64,000 bases of DNA from Bacteroidia bacterium (GTDB taxonomy: Bacteria; Bacteroidota; Bacteroidia; Bacteroidales; VadinHA17). This document shows positions 21,034-30,674 of this stretch, piece after piece. The stretch is taken from the NCBI GenBank assembly GCA_026391215.1, contig JAPLDX010000051.1, positions 1 to 64,000 on the forward strand, in the 5' to 3' direction. The translations under genes were made by a program, and so were the position numbers. Each line of letters opens with the position of its first letter. The stretch's first letter is position 1. The notes under the pieces were generated by a model. It made no database searches and was not told where the DNA came from. It worked only from the letters and a program-made list of their open reading frames with translations.

Positions 21034-22281
21034 CTAGACCTCAGCTTTTTTGATGACAATTGATGCGTTATGACCGCCAAATCCAAAGGTATTGCTGATG
21101 GCAGTTCTCACTTCTCTTTTCTGAGCCTTATTGGGTGTTATATTCAGGTTTTGATCTATTTGTGGATCGGGGGTCTTGAAGTTAATTGTAGGCGGGATAA
21201 TCCCATTGACAACAGACATTATGGATGCAATGGCTTCAATAGCTCCGGCAGCGCCCAGAAGATGACCGGTCATCGACTTTGTAGCGCTTATATTAAGCTT
21301 ATACGCATGTTCCCCGAATACATTAATAATGGCTTTTGCTTCAGATATATCTCCAAGTGGGGTTGAAGTGCCATGAACATTTATGTAATCAATATCTTCA
21401 GGTTTCAGACCTGCATCAAGAACGGCAAGTTTCATGACATTGCATGCTCCCAGTCCTTCAGGATGGGGTGCAGTCAAATGATAAGCATCTGCAGTCATTC
21501 CCGTCCCGGCCATCTCAACATATATTTTAGCCCCTCTTGCCTTTGCATGGTCAAGATCCTCAACTATTAACGCCCCGGCACCTTCACCCATGACAAAACC
21601 ATCTCGTGTAAGATCGAATGGGCGCGATGCAGTACTATACTCAGCATTGTTGGTCGACATAGCCATCATTGCATTGAATCCTCCTATCCCCGGCTCATTT
21701 ATTCCAGCCTCTGAACCTCCTGTAACAAAAATATCAGCTTTGCCCAGCTTGACATAATTAACTGCATCGATCAGGGCATGAGTCGATGATGCACATGCTG
21801 AAACTGTAGCGAAATTCGGTCCCCTGAATCCGTATTTAATGGATATTGAACCAGAGGCGATATTTGCGATCATCTTTGGTATGAAAAAGGGACTGAAACG
21901 AGGGGTACCGTCACCAAGAACATAACCTCTTATCGCTTCATAAAAAGTTAATAATCCGCCAATACCTGATGACCAGATAACCCCGACCCTATCTTTATCA
22001 ACAACGTTCAGATCAATTCCGGAATCAATAATTGCCTCCTCGGCAGCGATATGTGCAAATTGGGAATAGAGATCCAGTTTATTGGCCTCTTTTCTGTCGA
22101 AATATTTTGACGAGTCGTACCCTTTAATTTCACATGCGAATTTTGTTTTGAACTTTTCAGTATCAAAGCGGGTAATCATACCCGCTCCGCTTGTACCGTT
22201 CCTTAGCCCATCCCAATATTCATGTAAATTATTGCCAATAGGAGTCAATGCTCCAAGGCCTGTAATTACAACTCGTCTCAT
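21034..22281 (-). CDS. fabF: Beta-ketoacyl-ACP synthase II
   Basis: SACAS, HGTSTPLGD, GHLLGAAG, NTFGFGGHN. Confidence 0.97.
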   Translation of the reverse strand: MRRVVITGLGALTPIGNNLHEYWDGLRNGTSGAGMITRFDTEKFKTKFACEIKGYDSSKYFDRKEANKLDLYSQFAHIAAEEAIIDSGIDLNVVDKDRVGVIWSSGIGGLLTFYEAIRGYVLGDGTPRFSPFFIPKMIANIASGSISIKYGFRGPNFATVSACASSTHALIDAVNYVKLGKADIFVTGGSEAGINEPGIGGFNAMMAMSTNNAEYSTASRPFDLTRDGFVMGEGAGALIVEDLDHAKARGAKIYVEMAGTGMTADAYHLTAPHPEGLGACNVMKLAVLDAGLKPEDIDYINVHGTSTPLGDISEAKAIINVFGEHAYKLNISATKSMTGHLLGAAGAIEAIASIMSVVNGIIPPTINFKTPDPQIDQNLNITPNKAQKREVRTAISNTFGFGGHNASIVIKKAEV

Positions 22282-22304
22282 AAATGGGTATTAGCTATGC
22301 AAAA

Positions 22305-22541
22305 CTATTTTGCATTTTCCTCAATGTACTTGATAGCATCACCAACGGTGCTTATTGTTTCTGCCTGGTCGTCAGGAATTCCGATATTGAATTCTTTCTC
22401 AAATTCCATGATCAGCTCAACAGTGTCAAGAGAATCTGCACCCAGATCGTTAGTGAAACTGGCTTCAGCAGTAACTTCTGATTCGTCAACTCCAAGCTTG
22501 TCAACAATAATCTCCTTTACTCTTGCGGCAATGTCAGACAT
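22305..22541 (-). CDS. acpP: Acyl carrier protein
   Basis: [11 protein letters not shown] phosphopantetheine motif. Confidence 0.98.
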   Translation of the reverse strand: MSDIAARVKEIIVDKLGVDESEVTAEASFTNDLGADSLDTVELIMEFEKEFNIGIPDDQAETISTVGDAIKYIEENAK

Positions 22542-22721
22542 AGTGATAAATTTTAATTAATAATAATTTTGAACCATGCAAAGAAATATATTTGTACCAT
22601 ATTTTTCAAGTATTTCACGTATTTTTATTTGCTCAGCAGGTTAATGTGCTGATTAACACAATGATAATCTTTTCTTCAGCAAAAAATTGAATATTAATGC
22701 GCAAATTATAATTACCTCATA

Positions 22722-23303
22722 ATGAGAAATATAGCAATAATGGCATCCGGATCAGGAACTAATGCCGAAAATATTATAAAATATTTTTCGAATAAAAAGA
22801 GTGCAGGAGTAAAGCTTGTTTTATCAAATCGTCGTGAAGCCTTCGTTTTAAAAAGGGCAGAAGCACTTCATGTGAAAACCTGTTTTTTCGACCATAATGA
22901 CTTTTATACCTCGGCGAAAGTAATGAACCTGCTGATTGAAAACAGGATTGATTTTGTTGTGCTGGCAGGATTCCTCTGGCTTGTCCCGGAAAACATCCTT
23001 GAGAAATATAAAGGCCGCATAATCAATATTCACCCTGCCCTGCTGCCCAATTATGGTGGAAAAGGTATGTACGGTGAAAAAGTACACGAAGCCGTAATAG
23101 AAAATCATGATAAGGAAAGTGGTATCACAATACATTATGTAAACAGTCATTACGATGAGGGAGATATTATCTTCCAGGCAAGATGCAGGGTTGAACAGTC
23201 TGATACTCCTGATATACTGGCAGCCAGGGTGCATGCCCTGGAATATAAATATTTTCCGAAAATCATTGAGGAACTGATACTTAATTTACCGAATCCTGCT
23301 TAA
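22722..23303 (+). CDS. purN: Phosphoribosylglycinamide formyltransferase
   Basis: SGSGTN, NIHPALLP, GITIHYV, DEGDII. Confidence 0.96.
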   Translation: MRNIAIMASGSGTNAENIIKYFSNKKSAGVKLVLSNRREAFVLKRAEALHVKTCFFDHNDFYTSAKVMNLLIENRIDFVVLAGFLWLVPENILEKYKGRIINIHPALLPNYGGKGMYGEKVHEAVIENHDKESGITIHYVNSHYDEGDIIFQARCRVEQSDTPDILAARVHALEYKYFPKIIEELILNLPNPA

Positions 23304-24537
23304 AAGTCGTCAGGAGGCTTAAAACAATAGTTTTGTTTTTCTCGAATACAGGTTTATTTTCTTCTGAAACAGGCTCAACAGGCGGGGCATCAACCTTGAG
23401 AGGATCAACAGCTGATCCGTTTTGAAAAAACCTGAAATCAAGGTGTGGTCCCGTTGAAAGGCCGCTTTTTCCTACATACCCGATGATATCGCCCTGCTTT
23501 ACGAAAGCTCCCTGGGTAATTCCCGGGCCGAACTGGCTGAGATGCAGGTAAGCAGTCGAATAGACGCTATTATGGACAATCCTGACCATTTTTCCTGATC
23601 CGTTTTCTGTACCGGCAGAAGTTACCCGGCCATCACCTATGGCAAAGACCGGCGTTCCGACAGGAGCTGCATAATCAACTCCGTGATGCGGCCGGCGTAT
23701 CCTGAGGATCGGGTGCATCCTGCTTGCCGAAAAACGTGAGGTGATCCTTGAAAACTTCAGCGGAGATTTTAGGAAAGCTTTTTTGAGGCTGTTCCCTTCA
23801 GCATCGAAAAAAGACTCTTTCCCATCCTGAATGAACGGTATTGCAGTTATGGTCTTTCCTGCCCATGTAAACTCTGCTCCGAAAATCCTGCCTGCTCCAA
23901 GTGATTCATCATTAATGAACTTTTCCTCATAGATTACCTTATAGCTGTCTCCTTTTTGTAATCCGAAGAAATCAACGGTCCATGCAAATATGTCGGAGAG
24001 TTCTGCAACAAGGAGAGGGTGCATTCCTTCGGCAATCATTGATTCCCAGAGAGATGTTTCAATGGTCCCGGCTGAATACTTTATTACCTTCCTGATCTCT
24101 TTCCTGTAAGGTGTTATATTAAGGGAGTCATTGAAGCTGAAGATATAGCAGGTAGTGGCATCATGTTCATAAACCAGGTATCTAGCCCTGGCTGCCGAGT
24201 CCATATCACAAAAGAGCGTATAATTATTTCCTGCCCTTACGTTCTTCACATCGAAAACAGAGGCTGAACTCCTGACAACCTGGTCAATTTCCTGCATACT
24301 GACGCCATGTTCAAGGAGTATGTGGGAAAGGAATCCGTTAGGTTTAATATGTCCCTGGATCAGGCTGAATGAATCGACCGGAATTCCGAACATAAGAACC
24401 GGAGCCTTCTGCTCCTCTGTCGTAATAGTATCTGAAATAAGGTCAGAAAGTTCTGGTTTTTCCTTATTGAAATAGCTGCAGGAAGCTGAAATCAAAAATG
24501 ATAATATGAGAAAAATAGCACTAATCCTTGTGATCAT
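23281..24537 (-). CDS. M23-family peptidoglycan DD-metalloendopeptidase (MepM-like)
   Basis: HHGVD, YLHL, STGPHLD motifs; lipobox-like SASC. Confidence 0.92.
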   Translation of the reverse strand: MITRISAIFLILSFLISASCSYFNKEKPELSDLISDTITTEEQKAPVLMFGIPVDSFSLIQGHIKPNGFLSHILLEHGVSMQEIDQVVRSSASVFDVKNVRAGNNYTLFCDMDSAARARYLVYEHDATTCYIFSFNDSLNITPYRKEIRKVIKYSAGTIETSLWESMIAEGMHPLLVAELSDIFAWTVDFFGLQKGDSYKVIYEEKFINDESLGAGRIFGAEFTWAGKTITAIPFIQDGKESFFDAEGNSLKKAFLKSPLKFSRITSRFSASRMHPILRIRRPHHGVDYAAPVGTPVFAIGDGRVTSAGTENGSGKMVRIVHNSVYSTAYLHLSQFGPGITQGAFVKQGDIIGYVGKSGLSTGPHLDFRFFQNGSAVDPLKVDAPPVEPVSEENKPVFEKNKTIVLSLLTTFKQDSVN

Positions 24538-24543
24538 CCGTTA

Positions 24544-27213
24544 TTAAGGGTTAGTTTTAATTACGATATTCACAATCCGGTTCGGGACAACGATGATATT
24601 GGATATGCTGCCAGTTCCAAGCCATTTTTTTGCCCTTTCATCAGCGAGTACATTTTTAATAATTTCTTCCTTTTCCATATTTACCGGAAGTTCTAATTTG
24701 AAACGGACCTTCCCGTTGAATGAAACAGGATACTCAAAGACGCTTTCTTTTAGAAATTCCTCATTTACCCCAGGCCATGGTTCATAGGTTAGCGTTTTGC
24801 CATTTCCCAGGAGACTCCATAATTCCTCTCCGAGATGAGGAGCAAACGGGGAGAGTATCCGGGTAAAAACAGAAGCAGTATCTTTTGTCACCCTGCCTTT
24901 TTTCATGGCAAGGTTCAGAAAGATCATCATTGCCGATATTGCCGTGTTGAAATGAAGGTTTTCTATGTCACCCTCTACTTTCCTGATAGTCTGGTGAAGA
25001 CCCTTTGATATTTCCCAGTCCTCTTCACCCGATATAATGTTTTCAGGATTTGAAAAAAATCTGCAAGTTCTTCCAAGGAAGTTGAAAACCCCTTTGACAC
25101 CTTTATCATCCCATGGCTTTATGATATCAAGAGGGCCCATGAACATTTCATATAATCTTAGTGAGTCAGCTCCATATTTTGAGACAACATCATCAGGATT
25201 AATGACATTCTTAAGCGATTTCGACATTTTAGCCACAATCTGCCTTACCTCAGTTCCTGTTGCAGTATTATAGAATTTCCCGTTCCGTTCCTCCACAAGG
25301 TCAGCGGAGACTTTAGCACCTGTTTCGTTCTCATAGGCAAAAGCCAGTATCATTCCCTGGTTAAACAAGCGGGTATAGGGTTCATCAGTAGAGACAATAC
25401 CCAGGTCGAAAAGCACCTTATGCCAGAACCGGCTGTAAAGAAGGTGAAGTACAGCGTGTTCAGCGCCTCCTATATAAAGATCAACGGGCATCCAGTATCT
25501 TTCCTTTGCAGGATCAAATATCTGATGCTTGCTGGACGGATCAATAAAGCGAAGATAATACCAGCATGATCCTGCCCACTGGGGCATTGTATTTGTTTCA
25601 CGCCTGCCTTTTCTTCCCGATTTATCGGTTACACTGAGCCATTCTGTGGCATTTGCAAGTGGCGATTCTCCTGTTTCACCTGGAAGGTATTTCTCAAGAT
25701 CAGGGAGCAGGAGCGGCAGTTCTTTCTCATCAAGGACAGTTATTTCACCATCCTCCCAGTGGATGACCGGGAATGGTTCGCCCCAATACCTCTGCCTGCT
25801 GAAAAGCCAGTCGCGCAGCTTATAGTTGATTTTGGCTTTGCCGATACTTTTTGATTCAAGCCAGGTTGTGATTTTTGTAATTCCGGCCTCCTTGCTGAGC
25901 CCGTTTATATCTATTCCCGTTGATTTGTCAGAAGAATTAATGTATTTACCGTCCTCTGTCCAGCATTCCTTTCCTGCAACAATTTTCTTTTTCTGATCCG
26001 GATCGGAAACATCAGGATCCTGGATACAAACGATCGGAAGGTTGAATTTCTCGGCAAATTCAAAGTCGCGCGTATCATGAGCCGGGACAGCCATTATGGC
26101 ACCGGTACCATATCCGGTCAGGACATAATCTGCCACCCAAATCGGTATCTTCTTGTGATTCACCGGATTGATAGCATATCTTCCGGTGAATACACCCGTC
26201 TTTTCTTTAGCCAGGTCAGTGCGGTCAAGATCCGATTTTAAAGATGCTGCCTTAATATAATCATTGACAGCTTTCCTGTTTTCATCAGTGGTAATTAGTT
26301 TTGTAAGGGGATATTCAGGAGCAATCACCATATATGTCGCTCCGAATAATGTGTCCGGGCGTGTGGTAAAGACAGTTATTTTTTCGTTTAATCCGTCAAC
26401 AGAGAAATCAACTTCAGCACCGGTTGACCTTCCTATCCAGTTTCGCTGCATATCCTTGATCCCTTCCGGCCAGTTGAGCTGATCCATGCCCGACAACAGT
26501 CTTTCTGCATACAGGGGGATCCTCAGCATCCATTGCTTAAGGTTCTTCTTTTCAACCTTGTTGCCGCATTTCTCATGCGATCCGTCGTAGAGGACTTCTT
26601 CATTGGCACAGACTATCCTGCAGGACGGGCACCACCAAACCTGGGCATTTTCATAATATGCAAGCCTTTTTGATCCTATATAATCTGAAACTGCTTTTTC
26701 CCCCGACTTACTGATTTCTTCAGGTATCGTCAACTCTGAAATTGGTCTTCCTTTCTGAAGTTTTTCATCGAACCAGGTATTAAAAAGCCGGATAAATATC
26801 CATTGAGTCCATTTGAAATAATGAGGATCTGTAGTATTTATTTCTTTACCCCAGTCGTAGCTTAATCCCAGTTCTTTTATCTGACGCCTGAAAGTATCGC
26901 AGTTATTTTTAGTTGTTATTGAAGGATGTGTACCTGTCTGCAATGCATATTGTTCAGCAGGCAGTCCGAAAGCATCCCATCCCATGGGGTGAAGAACATT
27001 ATATCCTTTCATCCGTTTATACCTGCTGTAAATATCGGTTGCTGTATATCCTTCAGGATGGCCAACATGCAATCCGGCACCGGAGGGGTAAGGGAACATA
27101 TCGAGTACATAGCACTTCCTGGGGTTAGTCAGATCATCAGGTGTTTTAAAGGTTTTGTTATCCTCCCAGTAATTCTGCCATTTTTTCTCGATATCAGTGA
27201 AATTGTAATCCAT
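24544..27213 (-). CDS. leuS: Leucine--tRNA ligase
   Basis: [19 protein letters not shown]; ATG at 27213 preferred. Confidence 0.98.
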   Translation of the reverse strand: MDYNFTDIEKKWQNYWEDNKTFKTPDDLTNPRKCYVLDMFPYPSGAGLHVGHPEGYTATDIYSRYKRMKGYNVLHPMGWDAFGLPAEQYALQTGTHPSITTKNNCDTFRRQIKELGLSYDWGKEINTTDPHYFKWTQWIFIRLFNTWFDEKLQKGRPISELTIPEEISKSGEKAVSDYIGSKRLAYYENAQVWWCPSCRIVCANEEVLYDGSHEKCGNKVEKKNLKQWMLRIPLYAERLLSGMDQLNWPEGIKDMQRNWIGRSTGAEVDFSVDGLNEKITVFTTRPDTLFGATYMVIAPEYPLTKLITTDENRKAVNDYIKAASLKSDLDRTDLAKEKTGVFTGRYAINPVNHKKIPIWVADYVLTGYGTGAIMAVPAHDTRDFEFAEKFNLPIVCIQDPDVSDPDQKKKIVAGKECWTEDGKYINSSDKSTGIDINGLSKEAGITKITTWLESKSIGKAKINYKLRDWLFSRQRYWGEPFPVIHWEDGEITVLDEKELPLLLPDLEKYLPGETGESPLANATEWLSVTDKSGRKGRRETNTMPQWAGSCWYYLRFIDPSSKHQIFDPAKERYWMPVDLYIGGAEHAVLHLLYSRFWHKVLFDLGIVSTDEPYTRLFNQGMILAFAYENETGAKVSADLVEERNGKFYNTATGTEVRQIVAKMSKSLKNVINPDDVVSKYGADSLRLYEMFMGPLDIIKPWDDKGVKGVFNFLGRTCRFFSNPENIISGEEDWEISKGLHQTIRKVEGDIENLHFNTAISAMMIFLNLAMKKGRVTKDTASVFTRILSPFAPHLGEELWSLLGNGKTLTYEPWPGVNEEFLKESVFEYPVSFNGKVRFKLELPVNMEKEEIIKNVLADERAKKWLGTGSISNIIVVPNRIVNIVIKTNP

Positions 27214-27270
27214 ATAAACAGTTTGTAATATATCAATCTTCGCAGTAATAATTTCGGATTTATTCTTCAA

Positions 27271-27305
27271 AATCCGTCATCTGCAATCCGCAATCCGCAA
27301 TCCTG
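27271..27305. repeat. Heptamer tandem repeat (AATCCGC)n
   Basis: AATCCGT CATCTGC AATCCGC AATCCGC AATCCTG. Confidence 0.7.
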
Positions 27306-27374
27306 TAGCCGGTCTTTTGGTTTGCGAAAATATGAAATCTTTGGCAAATTGTTGTAAAACCGGTGCATTGATGT

Positions 27375-27382
27375 TAATTTTG
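27375..27382 (+). promoter_or_regulatory. -7 element of the tRNA-Arg promoter
   Basis: TAATTTTG 11 bp before the tRNA. Confidence 0.55.
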
Positions 27383-27393
27383 CTAAATAAACA

Positions 27394-27466
27394 GGTCCCG
27401 TAGTTCAATGGATAGAATGGCAGATTCCGGTTCTGTTGGTTGAGAGTTCGAATCTCTCCGGGATCA
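27394..27466 (+). tRNA. tRNA-Arg(CCG)
   Basis: Cloverleaf: acceptor GGTCCCG/CGGGATC, anticodon arm GCAGA-TTCCGGT-TCTGT, T-arm GAGAG-TTCGAAT-CTCTC; no encoded CCA. Confidence 0.96.
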
Positions 27467-27476
27467 CAAACACTAG

Positions 27477-27517
27477 ACGCAACTTAATTGATTAATAACG
27501 AGTTGCGTTTCTTTTTT
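27477..27517 (+). terminator. Hairpin and T-tail after tRNA-Arg
   Basis: ACGCAACT/AGTTGCGT followed by TTCTTTTTT. Confidence 0.6.
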
Positions 27518-27591
27518 ACCTTGTATTCTACAACGATTCAACAATATTTTGATAAACTGATCTAATTTTAGGATGAATCTGTTAAGCAATA

Positions 27592-27621
27592 TTAAAAGCC
27601 CCCGGTAGTGATCCGAGGGCT
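27592..27621 (-). terminator. Terminator of the histone-like gene
   Basis: Minus strand AGCCCTCGG-ATCACTA-CCGGGGGCT-TTTAA. Confidence 0.6.
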
Positions 27622-27680
27622 GCTTATTTTAAAGGTGCTTTTTCTTATCTAAATAAGCCGTTGCGAACTTATTTACTTCT

Positions 27681-27857
27681 TTACTTTTTTTTTGCAACTT
27701 TAGGTTTAGCTGCCTTCACTTTTTTAGTTGCTGTTTTTTTTGTTACAACTTTTTTAGTTGCTGCTTTTTTAGTTGCTACTTTTTTAGGTGCTACTTTTTT
27801 AGTTGCTTCTTTTTTAGGTGCTACTTTTTTTGTTGCTGCTTTTTTTGTTGCTTTCAT
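27681..27857 (-). CDS. Histone H1-like Lys/Ala-rich small protein (58 aa), absent from ORF track
   Basis: MKATKKAATKKVAPKKEATKKVAPKKVATKKAATKKVVTKKTATKKVKAAKPKVAKKK*; 15-bp tandem units; downstream terminator. Confidence 0.85.
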   Translation of the reverse strand: MKATKKAATKKVAPKKEATKKVAPKKVATKKAATKKVVTKKTATKKVKAAKPKVAKKK

Positions 27858-27984
27858 AATACAGAAGATTAAAAGGTTATAAAAAAGTTTCTATTCAATT
27901 ATCAAAGATAAGCTTTATATATAACAATCTCAATGTATTTACTGATTAAGAAGAATATTCTGAAATTTGATTCGGCGGTGCTTC

Positions 27985-28300
27985 TTACTTCCAAAATTGA
28001 CTTAAGTTTGGATATGTTTCTAATTGGGCCCATTCAGCATTACTTAGCAAATGCCATCCTGCCGGACAAGCACCCTGCACACCACTTGGATTGGCAGTAC
28101 TGTTTAATGCGCCATTTGTCGCTGCAGCCCATATATATAATGCTCCATATATATCTTTGTCGCTAATGTCGTTGTTGTACCAGCAGTAAGCTTTACTGGT
28201 GTTCAGAAGTGCCCCCAAAAATTCCATAGTCTGTCACCGGAGTAGCTCCCTCACTAACAAGGCTTCCCCCAACTTTGCCTTTCCGTGAAATATCGAAAAT
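27985..28300 (-). pseudogene. Remnant of a Fibrobacter-major-paralogous-domain (FISUMP) protein gene
   Basis: AYCWYNND...YGALYIWAAA...QGACPAGWHLLSNAEW fragment, preceded in another frame by VGGSLVSEGATPVTDYGIFGGTS. Confidence 0.75.
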
Positions 28301-28397
28301 AAATCAATAAGTTCCTTTTTGTTAATCAGCTTTCTTGACTTGCTTACAATAAAGAGATAACTTTGTGATAATTAGAAATATTAAAGAATACCATAAA

Positions 28398-28847
28398 ATG
28401 AAATCGATTATTCCTTTAGTATTTGTCTTATTGTTTTTACCATCATGTTGTGAAAAAGAAAACCTTGATCCATGTGAAAACCTTGATCCAGACATTTGTT
28501 TTATTACTACACATAAATGGGTTTATTCATCATACAAAGTAGATGGTTATGATGTTATCAGAAACTGTGATCAAGATAATTTCTACTCTTTTAAATCAGA
28601 TAGCACTTTTCAATATGAACCTGGCAAAGAGTTATGCCCTGGGGAGACTCGTGATGTTATTAATGGTAACTGGTATTTAAATGGTAGTAACCTAGTTATT
28701 GGTCATATTAATTCTGATGGCTTTCAGATTTATTATAATATGAGTTACACAAAAGAGTGTTTAAGTCGTTCATACTCTTACACCACAGCTAATTCCTATA
28801 TCGGTCCAATATGGTTTGTACACATATATACTCCACAAGATAGATAA
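28398..28847 (+). CDS. Cys-rich lipoprotein, lipocalin-like
   Basis: Lipobox LPSC, HKW strand, CDQDNFYSFKSD...C...GNW pattern; AT-rich. Confidence 0.65.
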   Translation: MKSIIPLVFVLLFLPSCCEKENLDPCENLDPDICFITTHKWVYSSYKVDGYDVIRNCDQDNFYSFKSDSTFQYEPGKELCPGETRDVINGNWYLNGSNLVIGHINSDGFQIYYNMSYTKECLSRSYSYTTANSYIGPIWFVHIYTPQDR

Positions 28848-29063
28848 ATCTCCATTAAGGAATGATAGGGCATTGTAAGGCAAACATACACCTGTGAGAT
28901 TCGGGGAATTTATATAATAAGAGGGGGGTTTATAATTGAACTGGAAAGGAGTACTATAACTAACCTGGGTGGGACCACAAAAAGACACTTAAAGGCGGTT
29001 TTATTTTAAAACAATTATTGTATTTTGCCGTTATTAAATAGTTATTAAAGAAGTAATTCACTG

Positions 29064-30674
29064 ATGCGGTTTAAATTCCTGCTAATACTGTTCTTCCTTT
29101 TAATCTCCTGTGTTAAAGAAGAATTTCATAAAGATAAGTTCGATGCTTCCCTGAACCTGACACCAGGATTGGCAATTCCGGTTGGATATTCCCATCTTGA
29201 AATTGAGAAATATCTCAGAGATTCCTCTATAACAGAACTACACATTTCAGAAGATGGATTCATGACGCTGTTTTATTCATCAGATGTTTTCTCCGATTCA
29301 ATGGGCAATTTTCTTTCTTTTTCACCTGTAAGCATAAGCACATTTTCATTAAACAACTCCGGGGCAACAATTGATTTGCAGATATCGGGATCATCCGCTG
29401 ACCTTTTTGACACAATTCTTATCCCGGTAACCCTGGATCAGTCAGTTGTGCGTATCGACAGCATCCTTCTATTGGGAGGCTCTCTGAACATGGATCTAAA
29501 TCAAACCGGACTTAATGGAACGATAACTTTTGGATTCCCCGGAGTTCAAAGACAAGGTACCCCATATATGATTACCAGGAACATTGCAGATCCGGATTTT
29601 ACACAGGATCTTGCAGGGTACTCAATTATTCCGGAGCAGAATGCAACAGGAAACCATTTTCTCCGATGTGTCCTTTCTATTCATCTTCAAAGTCCTTCAG
29701 GACCTGTAAATAACGGATCCGTGATTTTCAGTGTACAGACTGATATAAGTTCAATAAGTATTGAAACACTGTACGGGGATTTCAGTGGCCTCATAATCGA
29801 TATTCCCCCATTTCATCTGAGTCCTCAGATCTTTAATGAATTCATTGATGGTCATTGTTATTTTGCAGATCCGGAAATAAAAGTGATTATCAACAACTCA
29901 TGCGGTATTCCTGTTGGTATTTCATTCAGCCAGTTCGAAGTCACTGACAATGATGGTAACCAGATCTCAGTGACAGGGGACGGAGTCCCAACGATAACTG
30001 ATCCCAAAATTATAAGATATCCATTACTAAACGAAGAGGGACTTACGATCAGCGATAGTCTGGTGCTGAACAGATCTAATTCAAATATTACTGATGTTTT
30101 GGCTGTAAATCCCACTAATGTTGACATTACAACAAAAGCAGGCATTGTTTCATCTGCAAATGCCGTAAGTACTTTTATCAGATACGATTCTGAAGTGGAC
30201 ATTACGGCTTCTTTAAAACTACCTCTTTATGGAAAGGCAGAATTTCTTGTACTGCTTGATACTATTATATTTGACTATCTGAGTACTACCCTTCCTGTAC
30301 CAGAAGAGATAGAACGACTCATTGTGCAGGTAAATATTACAAACAGTTTTCCAGTAACACTTTTACCGCAGGTGTACCTTCTTGACGAAAACAGGGTATT
30401 GCTTGACAGCCTTTTTAACGGAACAGAGAAAATTGAAGGAGCATCCGACACCAATGGGGATGGAGAAGCTGATCCCCATCTTCAGGATCCGATATATATT
30501 GACCTGCCCAGGAAGAAAATTGATGCCCTGAGCGTGACACATTACCTGATAACAAAAGGGGAATTGACAACAACCGGCTATCCGTCTACAGATGTAAAAT
30601 TTTATTCAACATCTTACCTCGATTACATTATCGGGCTAATTGCGCAATTACAGATCAATACAGGTGGGCGATGA
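29064..30674 (+). CDS. Large hypothetical surface lipoprotein
   Basis: Lipobox LISC followed by VKEE...D, 536 aa beta-rich, DTNGDG motif. Confidence 0.8.
   Translation: MRFKFLLILFFLLISCVKEEFHKDKFDASLNLTPGLAIPVGYSHLEIEKYLRDSSITELHISEDGFMTLFYSSDVFSDSMGNFLSFSPVSISTFSLNNSGATIDLQISGSSADLFDTILIPVTLDQSVVRIDSILLLGGSLNMDLNQTGLNGTITFGFPGVQRQGTPYMITRNIADPDFTQDLAGYSIIPEQNATGNHFLRCVLSIHLQSPSGPVNNGSVIFSVQTDISSISIETLYGDFSGLIIDIPPFHLSPQIFNEFIDGHCYFADPEIKVIINNSCGIPVGISFSQFEVTDNDGNQISVTGDGVPTITDPKIIRYPLLNEEGLTISDSLVLNRSNSNITDVLAVNPTNVDITTKAGIVSSANAVSTFIRYDSEVDITASLKLPLYGKAEFLVLLDTIIFDYLSTTLPVPEEIERLIVQVNITNSFPVTLLPQVYLLDENRVLLDSLFNGTEKIEGASDTNGDGEADPHLQDPIYIDLPRKKIDALSVTHYLITKGELTTTGYPSTDVKFYSTSYLDYIIGLIAQLQINTGGR

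Noticed and set aside
27661-27882. 73-aa hydrophobic plus-strand ORF (FLVAT repeats)
   Set aside because: Antisense shadow of the Lys-rich histone-like gene
27985-28300. Diversity-generating retroelement
   Set aside because: No reverse transcriptase and no TR/VR pair in the window
28770-28988. 72-aa minus-strand ORF
   Set aside because: Non-ATG start, overlaps the lipoprotein gene, no recognisable motif
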